Origin: Octopus vulgaris
Lineage: Eukaryota
Reading direction: 5' to 3'
NCBI GenBank assembly: GCA_951406725.2
Contig: OX597832.1
Location: 4,154,001-4,218,000 of the forward strand
DNA length: 64,000 nt
Part shown: in pieces, positions 1 to 12,002 of the stretch
Layout: every line of letters starts with the position of its first letter
Numbering within the stretch: position 1 is the first letter of the stretch
Notes under the pieces: model-generated
Seen by the model: only the letters and a program-made list of their open reading frames with translations
Database searches by the model: none
What the model was told of the DNA's origin: nothing
Translations under genes and position numbers: made by a program

Positions 1-338
1 CACCCATGATGGTGGCACGTAAAAAGCATCCTTCGAACTTTGGGCCACACGGAGACAGTGACAAATGACCGAGACCTTTGTCAATATACCTTGCTTGAGA
101 AGACCTGTCAAGTTAAGTGAGATTGTAGTCGTGGCCGATGCCGGTGCTTCGTAACAGGCACCCGTGCCAGTGGTATATTAAAAGCACCCACTACACTCTT
201 GGAATGGTTGGCTTTAAGAAGGGCACAACGCTATTAAAACCATACCAAATCAGGTTGAAACCTGATACAGCTTAACAGTTTTCAGTCAAACCGTCCAACC
301 CATCCCAGCATGGAAAACGGACGTTAAATGATGATGAC
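1..338 (+). mobile_element. 3' UTR/tail of RTE-type LINE (or SINE sharing that tail)
   Basis: Ends ...aaccgtccaacccatcccagcatggaaaacggacgttaaatgatgatga. The same tail is attached to an RTE ORF2 remnant at 361-1345 in the opposite orientation. Confidence 0.7.
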
Positions 339-360
339 ACACACATTTATACTTATATCA

Positions 361-1345
361 TCATCATCATCATCATCGTTTAACGTCGTTTCCCATGCTG
401 ATATGGGTTGGATAGTTTGACAGGAGCTGGCCAGCTGGGGTCCTGTCCAGACTCCAAATTGTCTGTTGTGGCATGGTTTCTACAGTTAGCTGCCCTTCCT
501 AATGCCAACCATTTTATAGAGTGTGCTGGTTGCTTTTTACATGTCACCGACACGGGTGCGATTGCATAGCACCGGTACGAGTGCATTTTATGTGGCACCG
601 GCACCTGTAAAGGACAAACCTGTATGTATGAAGGACTTCAATTCTACTTAGCTTGATACATCTTCTCAAGTACAGCAAATTGTGACAACTCCCAGTCCCA
701 GTCCATCAGTGAGACCCAGTGTCTGAAGACCCTTTTCCCACCACTTCGTCCCACGTCTTCCTAGGTCTACCCCTTCCATAGGTTCCCTCTACAATTAGAC
801 CTTGACACTTCTTTACACAGTTGTCCTCATCTATACACATCACATGAGCAAACCAGCAACGCCTTCTCTCCTACACACAACATTTGATGCCTCTTATACC
901 CAGTTCTCCTCTTAAACCATTTACACTCTGCCATATGTGCAGACACTACCCATTCGGTAGAGCGCGCTAGCTTCATTTATTTCAAGCCCTCACAAGTCCT
1001 CTGTAGTCAAAGCCCATATTTCACTGCCATGTAACATTTGTTGTACGTACACAAGCATCATACAATTTGCCTTTCACTCTGAGAGAGAGGCCCTTAGTTA
1101 CTAAATTTTATCCAGCCCGTTCTTATTTTAGCAACTACACTTTCAGAACTTCCTCCTTCACTGCTAACTTGGTCACCTAGGTAATAGAAGCTATCTACTA
1201 CTTCTAATGATCCTCCCGAGCATTTGAGGGAGTCTATTGTCTGTGCATGTTTTGTGCTTATTGTACCCGCACATTTACCACACACAAATACTATTTTCTC
1301 CGCTAACCTCCCAATGATACAGATACACCTGTTATGTGTCAAAGC
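361..1345 (-). mobile_element. 5'-truncated degenerate RTE-clade LINE (RT C-terminus + 3' UTR)
   Basis: ORF 1094-1360 contains LEVVDSFYYLGDQVSSEGGSSESVVAKIRTGW, typical of the RTE RT thumb. The element ends in a (GAT)n tail at 361-377. Confidence 0.85.
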
Positions 1346-1374
1346 TTGCACTGAGTACAACGTATGGAGTTTCT

Positions 1375-1552
1375 ACCAACACTCAGTACATTCCGTGAAG
1401 TGGCTGGCGTTAGGAAGGGCATCCAGTCAGAGAAACCAAGCCAAAGCAGACTATGGAACCCGGTTCGACCTCTAACCTTGCCAGTTCCTGTTAAGCCGTC
1501 CAATCCATTCCAACATGGAAAACAGGCATTAAATATTGAAGATTATGATGAT
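1375..1552 (+). mobile_element. Third copy of the RTE-type 3' tail
   Basis: gtggctggcgttaggaagggcatccag...ccgtccaatccattccaacatggaaaacaggcattaaat matches the tails at 1-338 and 361-540. Confidence 0.7.
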
Positions 1553-1744
1553 ACACACACAGATATATATATATATACATGCGCATATATATATATATAT
1601 GTGTGTGTGCGTGTGTGTGTGTGTATACACACACTCGCGCGCGCACATATATATATATACACACGAGTGTTACCAGCGGATGATAAAAACGCTCAGTCGC
1701 TGAGTACATATTGCGTGCTGGCCTACATCCTATGATGAAAATTG

Positions 1745-2012
1745 ATAGAAATTTACTTTGGGTGGGTCACGTACACAAGATGGACAGCAACAGATTCCAC
1801 AAACAAATCCTTTACTCCCAACTATGCAAGGAGAAAAGAAGCCATGGCAGACCTAGACTGAAATTCAAAGATATCGCAAAAGGGAACCTGAAGTGGAAAG
1901 TAATTGATCATGATAAATGGCAAACCGAAGCAAAAAAAAAAAAAAACGGCCAATATTATCAAGTTATACCAAAACCATAAACAGTCATATTCGTGATGAC
2001 TGGCTACTGATA
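1745..2012 (+). pseudogene. RTE LINE ORF2 C-terminal fragment
   Basis: LLWVGHVHKMDSNRFHKQILYSQLCKEKRSHGRPRLKFKD matches the RTE 'W.GHV.RM...R..KQ.LY......R..GRP' motif. Confidence 0.8.
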
Positions 2013-2160
2013 GATTAATAGTTTGTTTCTTTCTTTTTTAAATCTACACTGTAGCACCACCACATAGTCATATCATATTAATATTTGATTAGTCTGTAGG
2101 ATGGCAAATTTTTATTGTTGCAGTCATCTTCCTTGCATATATCAGGTGATATCTTTAATA

Positions 2161-3426
2161 TCGGGTTGGCAACTAAGTTCTCACCGTTTTTTAAATTTAG
2201 GAATTTATTACGTTTTTAAATTTTGGAATCTTTTTTTTTTTTCGAGAATTATATTTTTGAATCATTTTGGAATCTATTTTGTTTTTTTTTCTTCTAGTTA
2301 ACTTTAGTTAATTTTTGTTTATCATTAAAATGGAATGTCAAGTTAAGAAAAACAAGCGTTTTCGATACCTCCTTCGTTTTGCTTTTAATCAAGGTTCTAA
2401 GGCCGCAAAAGCTGCTCGCGATATTTGAGCTGTGTATGGAGAGGATGCCATAACCGAAAGAACCTCTCGAGATTGGTATGCCAAGTTTAAAAATGGAAAT
2501 TTTGACCTCAAAGACGCACCTCATTCTGGCTGTCCAGTTTGAGTTCGATGATGAGCGATTAAACCAACTTTTGCACGAAAATTCTCGTCAAACGACAAAG
2601 GAACTGGTAGAGAAAATGGAATGCTCCCACACTGCTATAGAGAAGCATCTTCACTCGATGGGAAAGGTTCAGAAGTATGGAGCATGGATTCCGCATGCTT
2701 TAAGTGATAACAACAAAAATCAACGAGCCACAATCTTCGCTGGTTTGCTTGCTTGTCACCGCTCAACTTATGGACACAAGCAACGATTTCTTTACCGAAT
2801 CGTTACTGGCGACGAAAAATGGTGCCTGTACATCAATATGAAGCAGCGTAAGGAATGGCTTAGCCCCAGTAAACAAGCGACACTGTGTGTGAAACAAGAT
2901 CTTTATCCGCGTAAAACGATGTTGTGCGTATGGTGAGATTGGAAAGGGATTATCCATTATGAATTGCTTGAACGGTCAACAGATGGAACGACTTAACACG
3001 GCTATTCAAGAGAAAAGACCTAATCGGCAGCATGGAGATCTTCTGTTGCACGACAACGCCCGCCCTCATATCGCCAATACGACCAAGGAAGCCATTCAAA
3101 CGCTTGGCTTGGAAGTGCTACCACACCCGCCGTACTCTCCTGATTTAGCACCAACGGATTTCCACTTCTTTCGATCTCTTTCAAATGCTATGCGCAGAGT
3201 TTCGTTCAATACTGATGCAGAATTGAGAGCTTGATTGGATCAATTTTTCGAGTCGAAATCGGGTGATTTCTACCAACGAGGTATTGAAAATCTTGTTGAA
3301 CGTTGGGGAAAAGTTGTAAACAACAAGGGTGAATACATTATTGATTAATTAGTTGGTTTTTTTTTATTAAACCTTTTAAAAATATTTAATCTTAAAAAAA
3401 CGGCGGGAACTTAGTTGCCAACCCAA
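2161..3426 (+). mobile_element. Near full-length mariner transposon (mellifera-like TIRs), inactive
   Basis: TIRs tcgggttggcaactaagttctcaccg / cggcgggaacttagttgccaacccaa with flanking TA at 2159-60 and 3427-28. Confidence 0.95.
2330..3348 (+). pseudogene. Mariner DD34D transposase pseudogene
   Basis: Motifs WIPHAL, IVTGDEKW, HDNARPH and HPPYSPDLAPTD are present, with stops, frameshifts and a small internal deletion near 2975. Confidence 0.95.
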
Positions 3427-4224
3427 TACTTTCTAGCAGTGTTTTACATATGGAAATCGTGAGTTGTAAAGCACTGATCAACTGAGATCCATCATCACAA
3501 TTTTATATCCACTTTCTGTACTGACATGGGTTAGATGGTTCAACACGAACCATCAAGCTGGAAGACCATGTTGTACTTCAATTTCTCTGTTTTAAAATAT
3601 CACTAGATGCCCTTCTTAACTACAACCACTTTACAGAATGCTCTGGATGTTTTTGCCCTGTCACCAGCACTAGTGGGATCCCGTTCCAGCTTGCAAGACC
3701 AAGAGCCTAGAGGACCCTCATGACTGAAAGGAAAATAGGGGAGAGAGTGATGATTCTAGGCAAGGTTATTAAAGGTTAAGTTTTCGTTTTTTATAAGAAC
3801 CAGTAGTTGTCGAAATAACAAGTCTCCTTTAAGCACAGCTTAGTATTAGTGTCGTTTGCAGGCGAACTCAGAACAGTAACCGAAGCTACCAGCTTCTTCT
3901 ATAGAGCCTTCCAAACATTGAAGTTATTTTAGTAGTGTGTGTGTGCGTGCGTGCGTGCGTGCGTGTGTGTATGTGTGTATGTGTGTGTGTGTGAGTGAGT
4001 GCTGAGTTCCATCGAAAACACTCATGAATCTAGATGCATCTTTGTGGAGAATTCTATGTTTGTATGAATGTGTTAAATACTAAAGTCTTCCTATTTAGTT
4101 TTATGTTGTACGATGTCATGTGTTGCAACTGCTCTTTGTGGTATGTGCTTGGCGATCCTACAAGAGAGTGATGCATCCTTAACGCGACTAGGACTGACTT
4201 TTCTTTTCAGATCCGGAAAATTCT

Positions 4225-4486
4225 TTGATCAGTGTTGTTCCCGAGCACACGGATATTCTTTATTGCATCCCAAAAAAGGCCACTCGAATGATTGGCATAA
4301 AACTACTCACCAACGCACTCCTGCCTCTGCCCACTAAACGTGCGGTTCTCCTCTCTCCCTCGCCATGCCTGTCTGCCTGTTTATGTCTTTCCCTCTCACT
4401 CTGTCTTTCTCTCTCTCACTCTCTCTCCCCCTCTCTCTCTCTCTCCCCTCTCTCTCTCCCCTCTCTCTCTCCCCCTCTCTCTCTCT

Positions 4487-4550
<64 letters not shown>

Positions 4551-4803
4551 ATTCCTTTTTCTGTTACTACAACAACGACCTTTGTTTTTCGGATCTGGCT
4601 GGTCTCGAACCATTTCCAACCCGGCATTCCCGATTCACTCATACAGCGTCCAATCCTTCATGTCACGCACGTTACCACTGCCAGACTACCTTCTTCAAAA
4701 CGTCGCCTCTGTAAATGTTCTTTTTACTCGTGTCTATCCTGCTGGTATCAATTTGCAGCGGTTTAAGCAGCGCATTAATAACATCCACCTCACCCAGCTC
4801 TGA
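4225..4803 (+). pseudogene. CR1/L2/Jockey-group LINE ORF2 C-terminal remnant split by a (CT)n expansion
   Basis: IPKKATRMIGIKLLTNALLPL...(CT)n...FFCYYNNDLCFSDLAGL...VYPAGINLQRFKQRINN resembles a post-RT LINE C-terminus. Confidence 0.65.
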
Positions 4804-4860
4804 GAGTACTGCGAAGGCAATAAGCACTCATCTTTACTTCAGACTTTCCAACCCAGTAAG

Positions 4861-4894
<34 letters not shown>

Positions 4895-5016
4895 TATATG
4901 TTTTATCTTATATTTAATCTTTATATAAGATGTAATTTTTCTAAATGGTATAATTTAATTTTTTCATTATTGAATTGATAAAAGGTGTTTTTTTCTAATT
5001 TATATATATATATATC

Positions 5017-5577
<561 letters not shown>

Positions 5578-5599
5578 TGTGAAATTTGATTTAGTATTT

Positions 5600-7124
5600 C
5601 TAAATTGAATTTGACGATGAATTAACTAAAGCCAACTTCTTAGACATTACCCTCAATTTGCAGAATAACTCATACTTCCCTTATCATAAACCTTCCACAA
5701 ATCTTAAGTATATTAGCATTTTCAGTAATCATGCCTGGCCAATTACCGATAATTTAGTTAAAAACATATCTCTGAGACTGTCCAAATTATCTGCTAATGT
5801 CGACATATTTAACCAAAAGGCAGACTTCTATAACGCCGCCTTGTTAAGAGCCGGTTATAAGGAGAAAGTGTCATACATCGACTCAGCTCATTCTAAACCA
5901 ACATCTGCTTCTCCAGATAGTAAAGTTACTCGTAATAGGAATAATGATTTCAATTCTAATAGTGCCGGCAATCCTGTACATAAAATAAATTCTTTACGGA
6001 CTAAGGGAGGTAAGCGCCATGCAACCCCAAATTTCTAACCCAGAAAATTTCCCCTTACTATCACAAATAACACTAAGAACAATTCAAAGGCCACAAAAAA
6101 CTGTATCTGGTTCGTAATACCTTTCGGAAAACAAATTAAATCGAACCTTCCCTTACAGTTCCGTGAAGCCGTTGCTAGGAACTTTCCCAGAAATTCTAGA
6201 TATCATTCTATTATCAATTCCCACAAGGTCAGAATCGCTTTCACTAACACTAGGAATCTTTCACAAATTATATCTTCCCACAATACCAAGCTGCTAAACA
6301 AAGATTCTTCACCCGGGAGTTCCAACACTAATCTTGCTAATTCCAACCCACCATACAATCATAATAATAGGAATAGTATTAATAGTAACAGCATTGGTAG
6401 CTGCGAAAGTGTTAACAACGATAATATTAATAATAGTATTAGTCGTGTTAATAACAATGATAGTGTTGATGGTACCATTGTGTTCCCCTAGTAAACGCAC
6501 TCATAGAAAAATCATACAAATGTAAACACTGGCAGAAACACACTTTCTACTCATATAAATGATAACGATAGTCACTGTGGTTTGAACAATTAGCTTTACG
6601 TCCACCCCACTTCTATAGAGAAATTCTTTCCTAAGCCTGCGAACATTCTTTCAATCAACGTTCCCTTCCCTCTCCACTTGTTCCCTACCTATTATTCCTT
6701 TGACCCTTCTCTTCCTACTATCTATCTTTGACGTCAATTCTTCTAACGGTTTTTTAAAAAAAACACTCATTATCGCTTTGTTTACCATGTAGGCAGTCAT
6801 CGAAATTTTTGTTTGTCTTGTTGTCGAGAGAGGCTCCCTTTCTTTCCTGATGAGAAGATTGCATAATGCACCCTTTATTCCTTTGGAATGAAAAAATGTT
6901 GTCTTCGAAACATATGTCGAGAGTAAAGGAATTTTGTTAACATCTTCGTTCGACTCCATTCTTTCATTTATTCATATACAACACACAAATTTCTGCACAT
7001 GAACCCGGAGTTTCTACCCTTGACAGGTCGCTTCAACCGTGTTTCTGACGTGAATTTGCTACGCAGGTTTCGGTTAAACGAATTTTCCATGTTGACGATA
7101 AACATAGGATAATTCATTCACCTA

Positions 7125-7130
<6 letters not shown>
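5600..7130 (+). mobile_element. Penelope-like retroelement remnant (RT thumb + linker, GIY-YIG deleted, pLTR)
   Basis: NFLDITLNL..YHKP..YISIFSNH...RLSKLS...Y..AL..AGY and CIWFVIPF..NFP..RYHSIINSH are present. The C-terminus LVNALIEKSYKCKHWQ and the 3' region are homologous to the element at 60085-61150. Confidence 0.85.
6842..6923 (+). ncRNA. Type I hammerhead ribozyme in Penelope pLTR
   Basis: ctttc-CTGATGA-gaaga...tcttc-GAAA-catat-GTC-gagag. Canonical core, stems I and II, palindromic stem III (ACATATGT), GUC triplet. Confidence 0.8.
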
Positions 7131-7179
<49 letters not shown>

Positions 7180-7180
<1 letters not shown>

Positions 7181-7380
7181 GTGACCTCGTGTGTACCGTT
7201 GGCGATTTTTTTCCCTCTGTCTTCCCTTCTCTGGATCTTTCCTTCTCCTATGTTTCCGACGAAGAGCTCCGCTCGAAACGTTAAACCCTCCTTCTTTCCT
7301 TCTTTCCTGAGCGTCCAATAATACTATATTTGTTCCACGTCCTTGCGTTGTTGTGTTTTTTTGTGCTTTCTTGTTTGGAT

Positions 7381-7385
<5 letters not shown>
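7180..7385 (+). mobile_element. Isolated pLTR-like repeat in (TA)n with minimal hammerhead-like motif
   Basis: gttt-CCGACGA-agagctccgctc-GAAA-c-GTT-aaac at 7252-7286. Confidence 0.55.
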
Positions 7386-7440
<55 letters not shown>

Positions 7441-7443
<3 letters not shown>

Positions 7444-7635
7444 ATGTTAGCAATGGTGAGCTACTCATCCACCTCCGTTTCGCTGATGACATCGTAATCA
7501 TCGCTGAAACCAAGGATCAGCTTCAGTCCAAGCTGACGGAGCTCGACACCAAAAGCTCTGCAGTAGGTCTCAAGATGAACCGCATGAAAATGAAGTTCAC
7601 GCGGTCAGACAACGTACTAACAGGTCGAATGGTAA
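7441..7635 (+). pseudogene. RTE reverse transcriptase fragment
   Basis: LIHLRFADDIVIIAETKDQLQSKLTELDTKSSAVGLKMN covers RT motifs 5-6. Confidence 0.85.
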
Positions 7636-7636
7636 T

Positions 7637-7667
<31 letters not shown>

Positions 7668-7856
7668 CACACACACACAAACATATATATATATATATAT
7701 ACACACACACATATATATATATACATGTATATACATACACACACACATATATATATATATGAACATTTGTAGAGATGAGCCACATTTGGAATAAAGTATT
7801 CAAATTCTCCACTTTACCTTCAAACATTCAATTTTAGGGAAGATTCCTTGATGAAA

Positions 7857-7890
<34 letters not shown>

Positions 7891-8049
7891 TCCGTGTCCG
7901 TGTCCGTGTGTACATGTTTGTGTCTGTGTGTGTGTGGTTGGGAATATGTCCGTGTTTATACTGTGTAACTTCGATCACGCCTCTTTCAATTCCATGATTT
8001 TGTGTTAGAGAACATTAGTATAACACTTACAAAACGTACTGTCTCTGCT

Positions 8050-9020
8050 TTTCTTTCAATTTTGGAGAGAATCTTTTGATGAAATGTAGTTCCATTGCTT
8101 TTCGGTATTGCGGATCGTCCCGAGCACATTTGTAAAAGGGAAAAATTTTGAATTTTCCGTCGTCACATATTTTCAGATGCTTACTTTATGGAATCTCGCG
8201 TAATTCTTCTTGTCGGACATGTTGCCTGTGGATTATTGCACGTTGGCAGAGGGAATTATTTGTTTCACCAATGTAATTTTCTTTGCACTTTGGGCAGGTA
8301 ATGCAGTAGATGAGGTTTTGCGTTTTGCAGTTCATATCTGCATTTATTTTGAAAAGGGATCCGCTCTTGAATTTTATGTGGGAACCACTTTCCAAGTATT
8401 TGAAGTTGTTGATATTGTTGCATGTTCCACAACTCATATCTCCACGTTCTTTTACTAAGAATTTTGATTCATTCTCTGATTTCAATTCTGCCCTTGTGAG
8501 GTGTTTTTTAAGATCTTTTGGTTGGCGTCTGCTGTTCCGTAAGGTGTTTTTTTCAATCAGAGTTTTCATTTTGGGGCTTTGTAGGAGTATAGGTAAGTTC
8601 GATTTTATAGAGTGAAAGATGTTGGTTATTCCAGGACTGTGTGTGTTAATGAACGGAATAGTGTTTTCATTAACATTTTCCTTAGGTGTCCGTTTCATCA
8701 CCTTTTTAATTCTCTCATTAATTAATCCTAAGGGGTATTTCTGCATCGTTGAGTCGGATTTCATGTATTTTGGGGCCTGTTTACTATAGCACAGATGCGT
8801 CTTGCCATGCTGTATGGGATGATTCTTTTGATTCTGTTGGTTGGCAAGAGTAAAAATTTAAATATTGGTGTATGTCAGCTTTTTTTGTAAAATATGTCTG
8901 TTGTGACTATTTTTTGTGGATATCCAGGAATGGTAATTCATTGTAACTAGATGCTGTCGTGAATTTGATGGATGGGTGAAGTGTGTTCAGTATATTGTTA
9001 AATATATTCAGATCTTCATT
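8050..9020 (-). mobile_element. Penelope-like element remnant (RT thumb, Cys-rich linker, GIY-YIG endonuclease)
   Basis: Upstream LNTLHPSIKFT...LPFLDI. ORF 8186-8764 contains CGTC and NLIYCITCPKCKENYIGETNNSLCQR..HRQH. Confidence 0.9.
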
Positions 9021-9600
9021 CGAGTATTTTTTTTCTCGAGCATTTAAGTCCCTACGTGCAATCATTTCATGCCCTCGTCAGAGGAAGTACTTCTTAAGAA
9101 CATTTATACTACTTACCACGCACACGTTAAACTTTGTGCGTATCGTTTTGATCATACTTGACTATAATACTACGAATATAAAATATCAACCTTTAGATAA
9201 TTACCTATTTCTATCCCGTAACTGTCAGCTTCCGTAACATTTGGTATGAAAGAAAACGGTGAGAATTCGAACCTCCTATGCATAATAAATTTTCCGAGCA
9301 CTGTAGCATGATTATTATATTATATTTATGTCCATCTATTAATTTTCGACCTGTTTTAATTTTCCTACTCACCAAGTCTTCATCCCCGCAACCTTGCATT
9401 TCTCTTTCAAGCGTTCTAATAAACCTTATGTATTATATTTTCATACACAAAGCATTATCACTCCTACAATCAGTAATCATGCTTAAATATCGTTCTAGCT
9501 TAACACATTTCGTTAATCATTTTCTTTTCTTCTCCTTTCTCATTGTCTTTCCATGTCCAGCTAATTTACTCCACTCAGCATCTATCTACATAAACGTATA

Positions 9601-9830
9601 TATTTCTTTACTGCCCACAAGGGGCTAAACATAGAGGGGACAAACAAGGACAGACAAAGGGTTTAAGTCGATTACATCGACCCCAGTGCGTAACTGGTAC
9701 TTAATTTATCGACCCCGAAAGGATGAAAGGCAAAGTCGACCTCGGCGGAATTTGAACTCAGAACGTAACGGCAGACGAAATACGGCTACGCATTTCGCCC
9801 GGCTTGCTAATGTTTCTGCCAGCTCACAGC
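9601..9830 (-). mobile_element. SINE family A with Tx1-type tail
   Basis: Head gagctggcagaaacattagc...gagttcaaattcc. 16-bp TSD tctacataaac(g/a)tata at 9585-9600 and 9831-9846. Confidence 0.9.
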
Positions 9831-10289
9831 TCTACATAAACATATAAATACACGTAACTTTCTCAATGTTCAACTTGTCGTTTTCTTCCCTTACCCTCTT
9901 CTCTTTATTTCATTGTCCCCACCATAACTTTCTCAATTACTCTACCTATATCTTCCTGGCCTTAGTCAAACAGCTTATTTCCTGCTTTCCCCCTTAATAC
10001 ACTATATATTTTATTTAACATTAACCTTTTTTTTTTTTTTCTGAATCTCATTCTTTGCCTCTGACCTTTCCTGTTTTCCTTTTCTTTCTTTTTTTTCGCC
10101 GTGTTTCTGTTTGCTTCTTTCCTTTCCTCTCTTTTACTCCTCATCACTTCTTCCCCCCCACTTCCACTTATACCTTTCATCACATGCAAGTGATAGATCT
10201 GTGTGTATATATGTAAGTACTTATATGTGTGTGTGTGTGTGTGTGTGTGATGTCTTTCGTCATGGTCGACACCGACGGACGAACATTAT

Positions 10290-10330
<41 letters not shown>

Positions 10331-10443
10331 TAATTGTTAGCAGTTATTGTTATCAAAATTAGTGAATCCCTAGCTTAATGATCTCGGCCGGTTATTATCG
10401 AAAACGCTTCGTCCCAAAGTGATCGATAAGCAGCTTCCACTGC

Positions 10444-10474
<31 letters not shown>

Positions 10475-11002
10475 GTATGTGTATGTGTGTGTGTTATTTT
10501 TATATTGTAACAATGTTTGGCCGGATTCGAAACACCTCGCTGCTTACATTTCCAGCTATGAGCAACAGTGTACTCATATGGCCATAAAGGCATGAAGAAC
10601 TCCTTAGGAGATCAGAACACTCAAGTAAATGCTTACTGGCCAATCAGCATTGGCTAACAACGTGTGTCAGCTAACAACAGCGAAATTGCAAAGGAAGATT
10701 ATGTCTGTTTCTTGCTAATTTGCAATTCGAAGGTTCTAGAAGTTTTTGCTCTGTGTTTTATAAACTGACGATCTGGACCCCACGTAAGAGTGAACTTCAA
10801 TTCCCAGAGGGACTTTGTCATTTTATTCCACGAGATGTACTCTCACCTCCTTCTACTTGTCCGTATATAATATTCAAAGATATATAATGTTCGACAGTGG
10901 TTAATCTATCTTGTGTCTTCATGACGACATCATTCTATCTATTATTCTGTTCTATTTTCTCTCATTTTTTAAATTTTTATAATAATGTAGGATACATGCA
11001 AC

Positions 11003-11271
11003 CAAGGCCGGTTTTAAGCCAATTAGACAGATTTGTTCAAACTGGGTCCCACGCCAAGAGAGAGCTCCGCGCACACGCTCGAGCAGAGGACCCTATGGTG
11101 AATTTTTAGTTTATCATTGTGACTAATGGTGAAGTTTCAAGTCCTCAACGCTTTTGGGCTGGTACTCTCGTTCTACACGAAGCATAAAACATCAATCTTC
11201 AGCTTTTGTAAAGCAGAGAGCCACACTCACAATTCTCTTATTGGCCCTCGCACTTCCTAGCGCTGACCCTG
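11003..11271. mobile_element. hAT-type MITE
   Basis: Termini caaggccgg.../...ctgaccctg with a perfect 8-bp TSD catgcaac at 10995-11002 and 11272-11279. Confidence 0.75.
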
Positions 11272-11488
11272 CATGCAACGTCAGAAATTTAACGAGATTC
11301 ACTTGCTACGTCTTCCATTTTGTAAATCTTCAAGTATTACCTACAGACACATTCTTCGGTATTATGTAAATACACCTTTGTATAAATGTAAGATATGAAT
11401 AAATATAATAAATGCATGGAAATACATATTTATTTGTATGGTCTTTCTTGTCCACGAATGCAACCTCTCACCAAGATTGCTTAATATC

Positions 11489-11901
11489 TATTTCTTTATT
11501 GCCCACAGGGGGCTAAACATAGAGGGAACAAACAAGGACAGACAAAGGGATTAAGTCGATCACATCGACCCCAGTGCGTAACTGGTACTTATTTCGTCAA
11601 CCCCGAAAGGATGAAAAGCAAAGTCGATCTCGGTAGAATTTGAACTCAGAACGTAACAGCAGACGAAATACCTATCTCTTTATTACCCACAAGGGACTAA
11701 ACATAGAGTGGACAAACAAGGACAGATAAATGGATTAAGTTAATTATATCGACCCCAGTGCGTAACTGGTACTTAATTTATCGACCCCGAAAGGATGAAA
11801 GGTAAAGTCGACTTCGGCGGAATTTGAACTCAGAACGTAACGGCAGACGAAATACCGCTAAGCATTTCGCCTGGCGTGCTAACGTTTCTGCCAACTCGCC
11901 G
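11489..11901 (-). mobile_element. Head-to-tail dimer of SINE family A
   Basis: A full unit is followed by a second unit lacking the first ~47 nt. Degenerate outer TSD ending cttaatatc at 11474-11488 and 11904-11918. Confidence 0.9.
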
Positions 11902-11961
11902 ACAGGTTTCTTAATATCAAAGACATAATAATGTGACTCCCACAATACTATATTTTACTGT

Positions 11962-12002
<41 letters not shown>

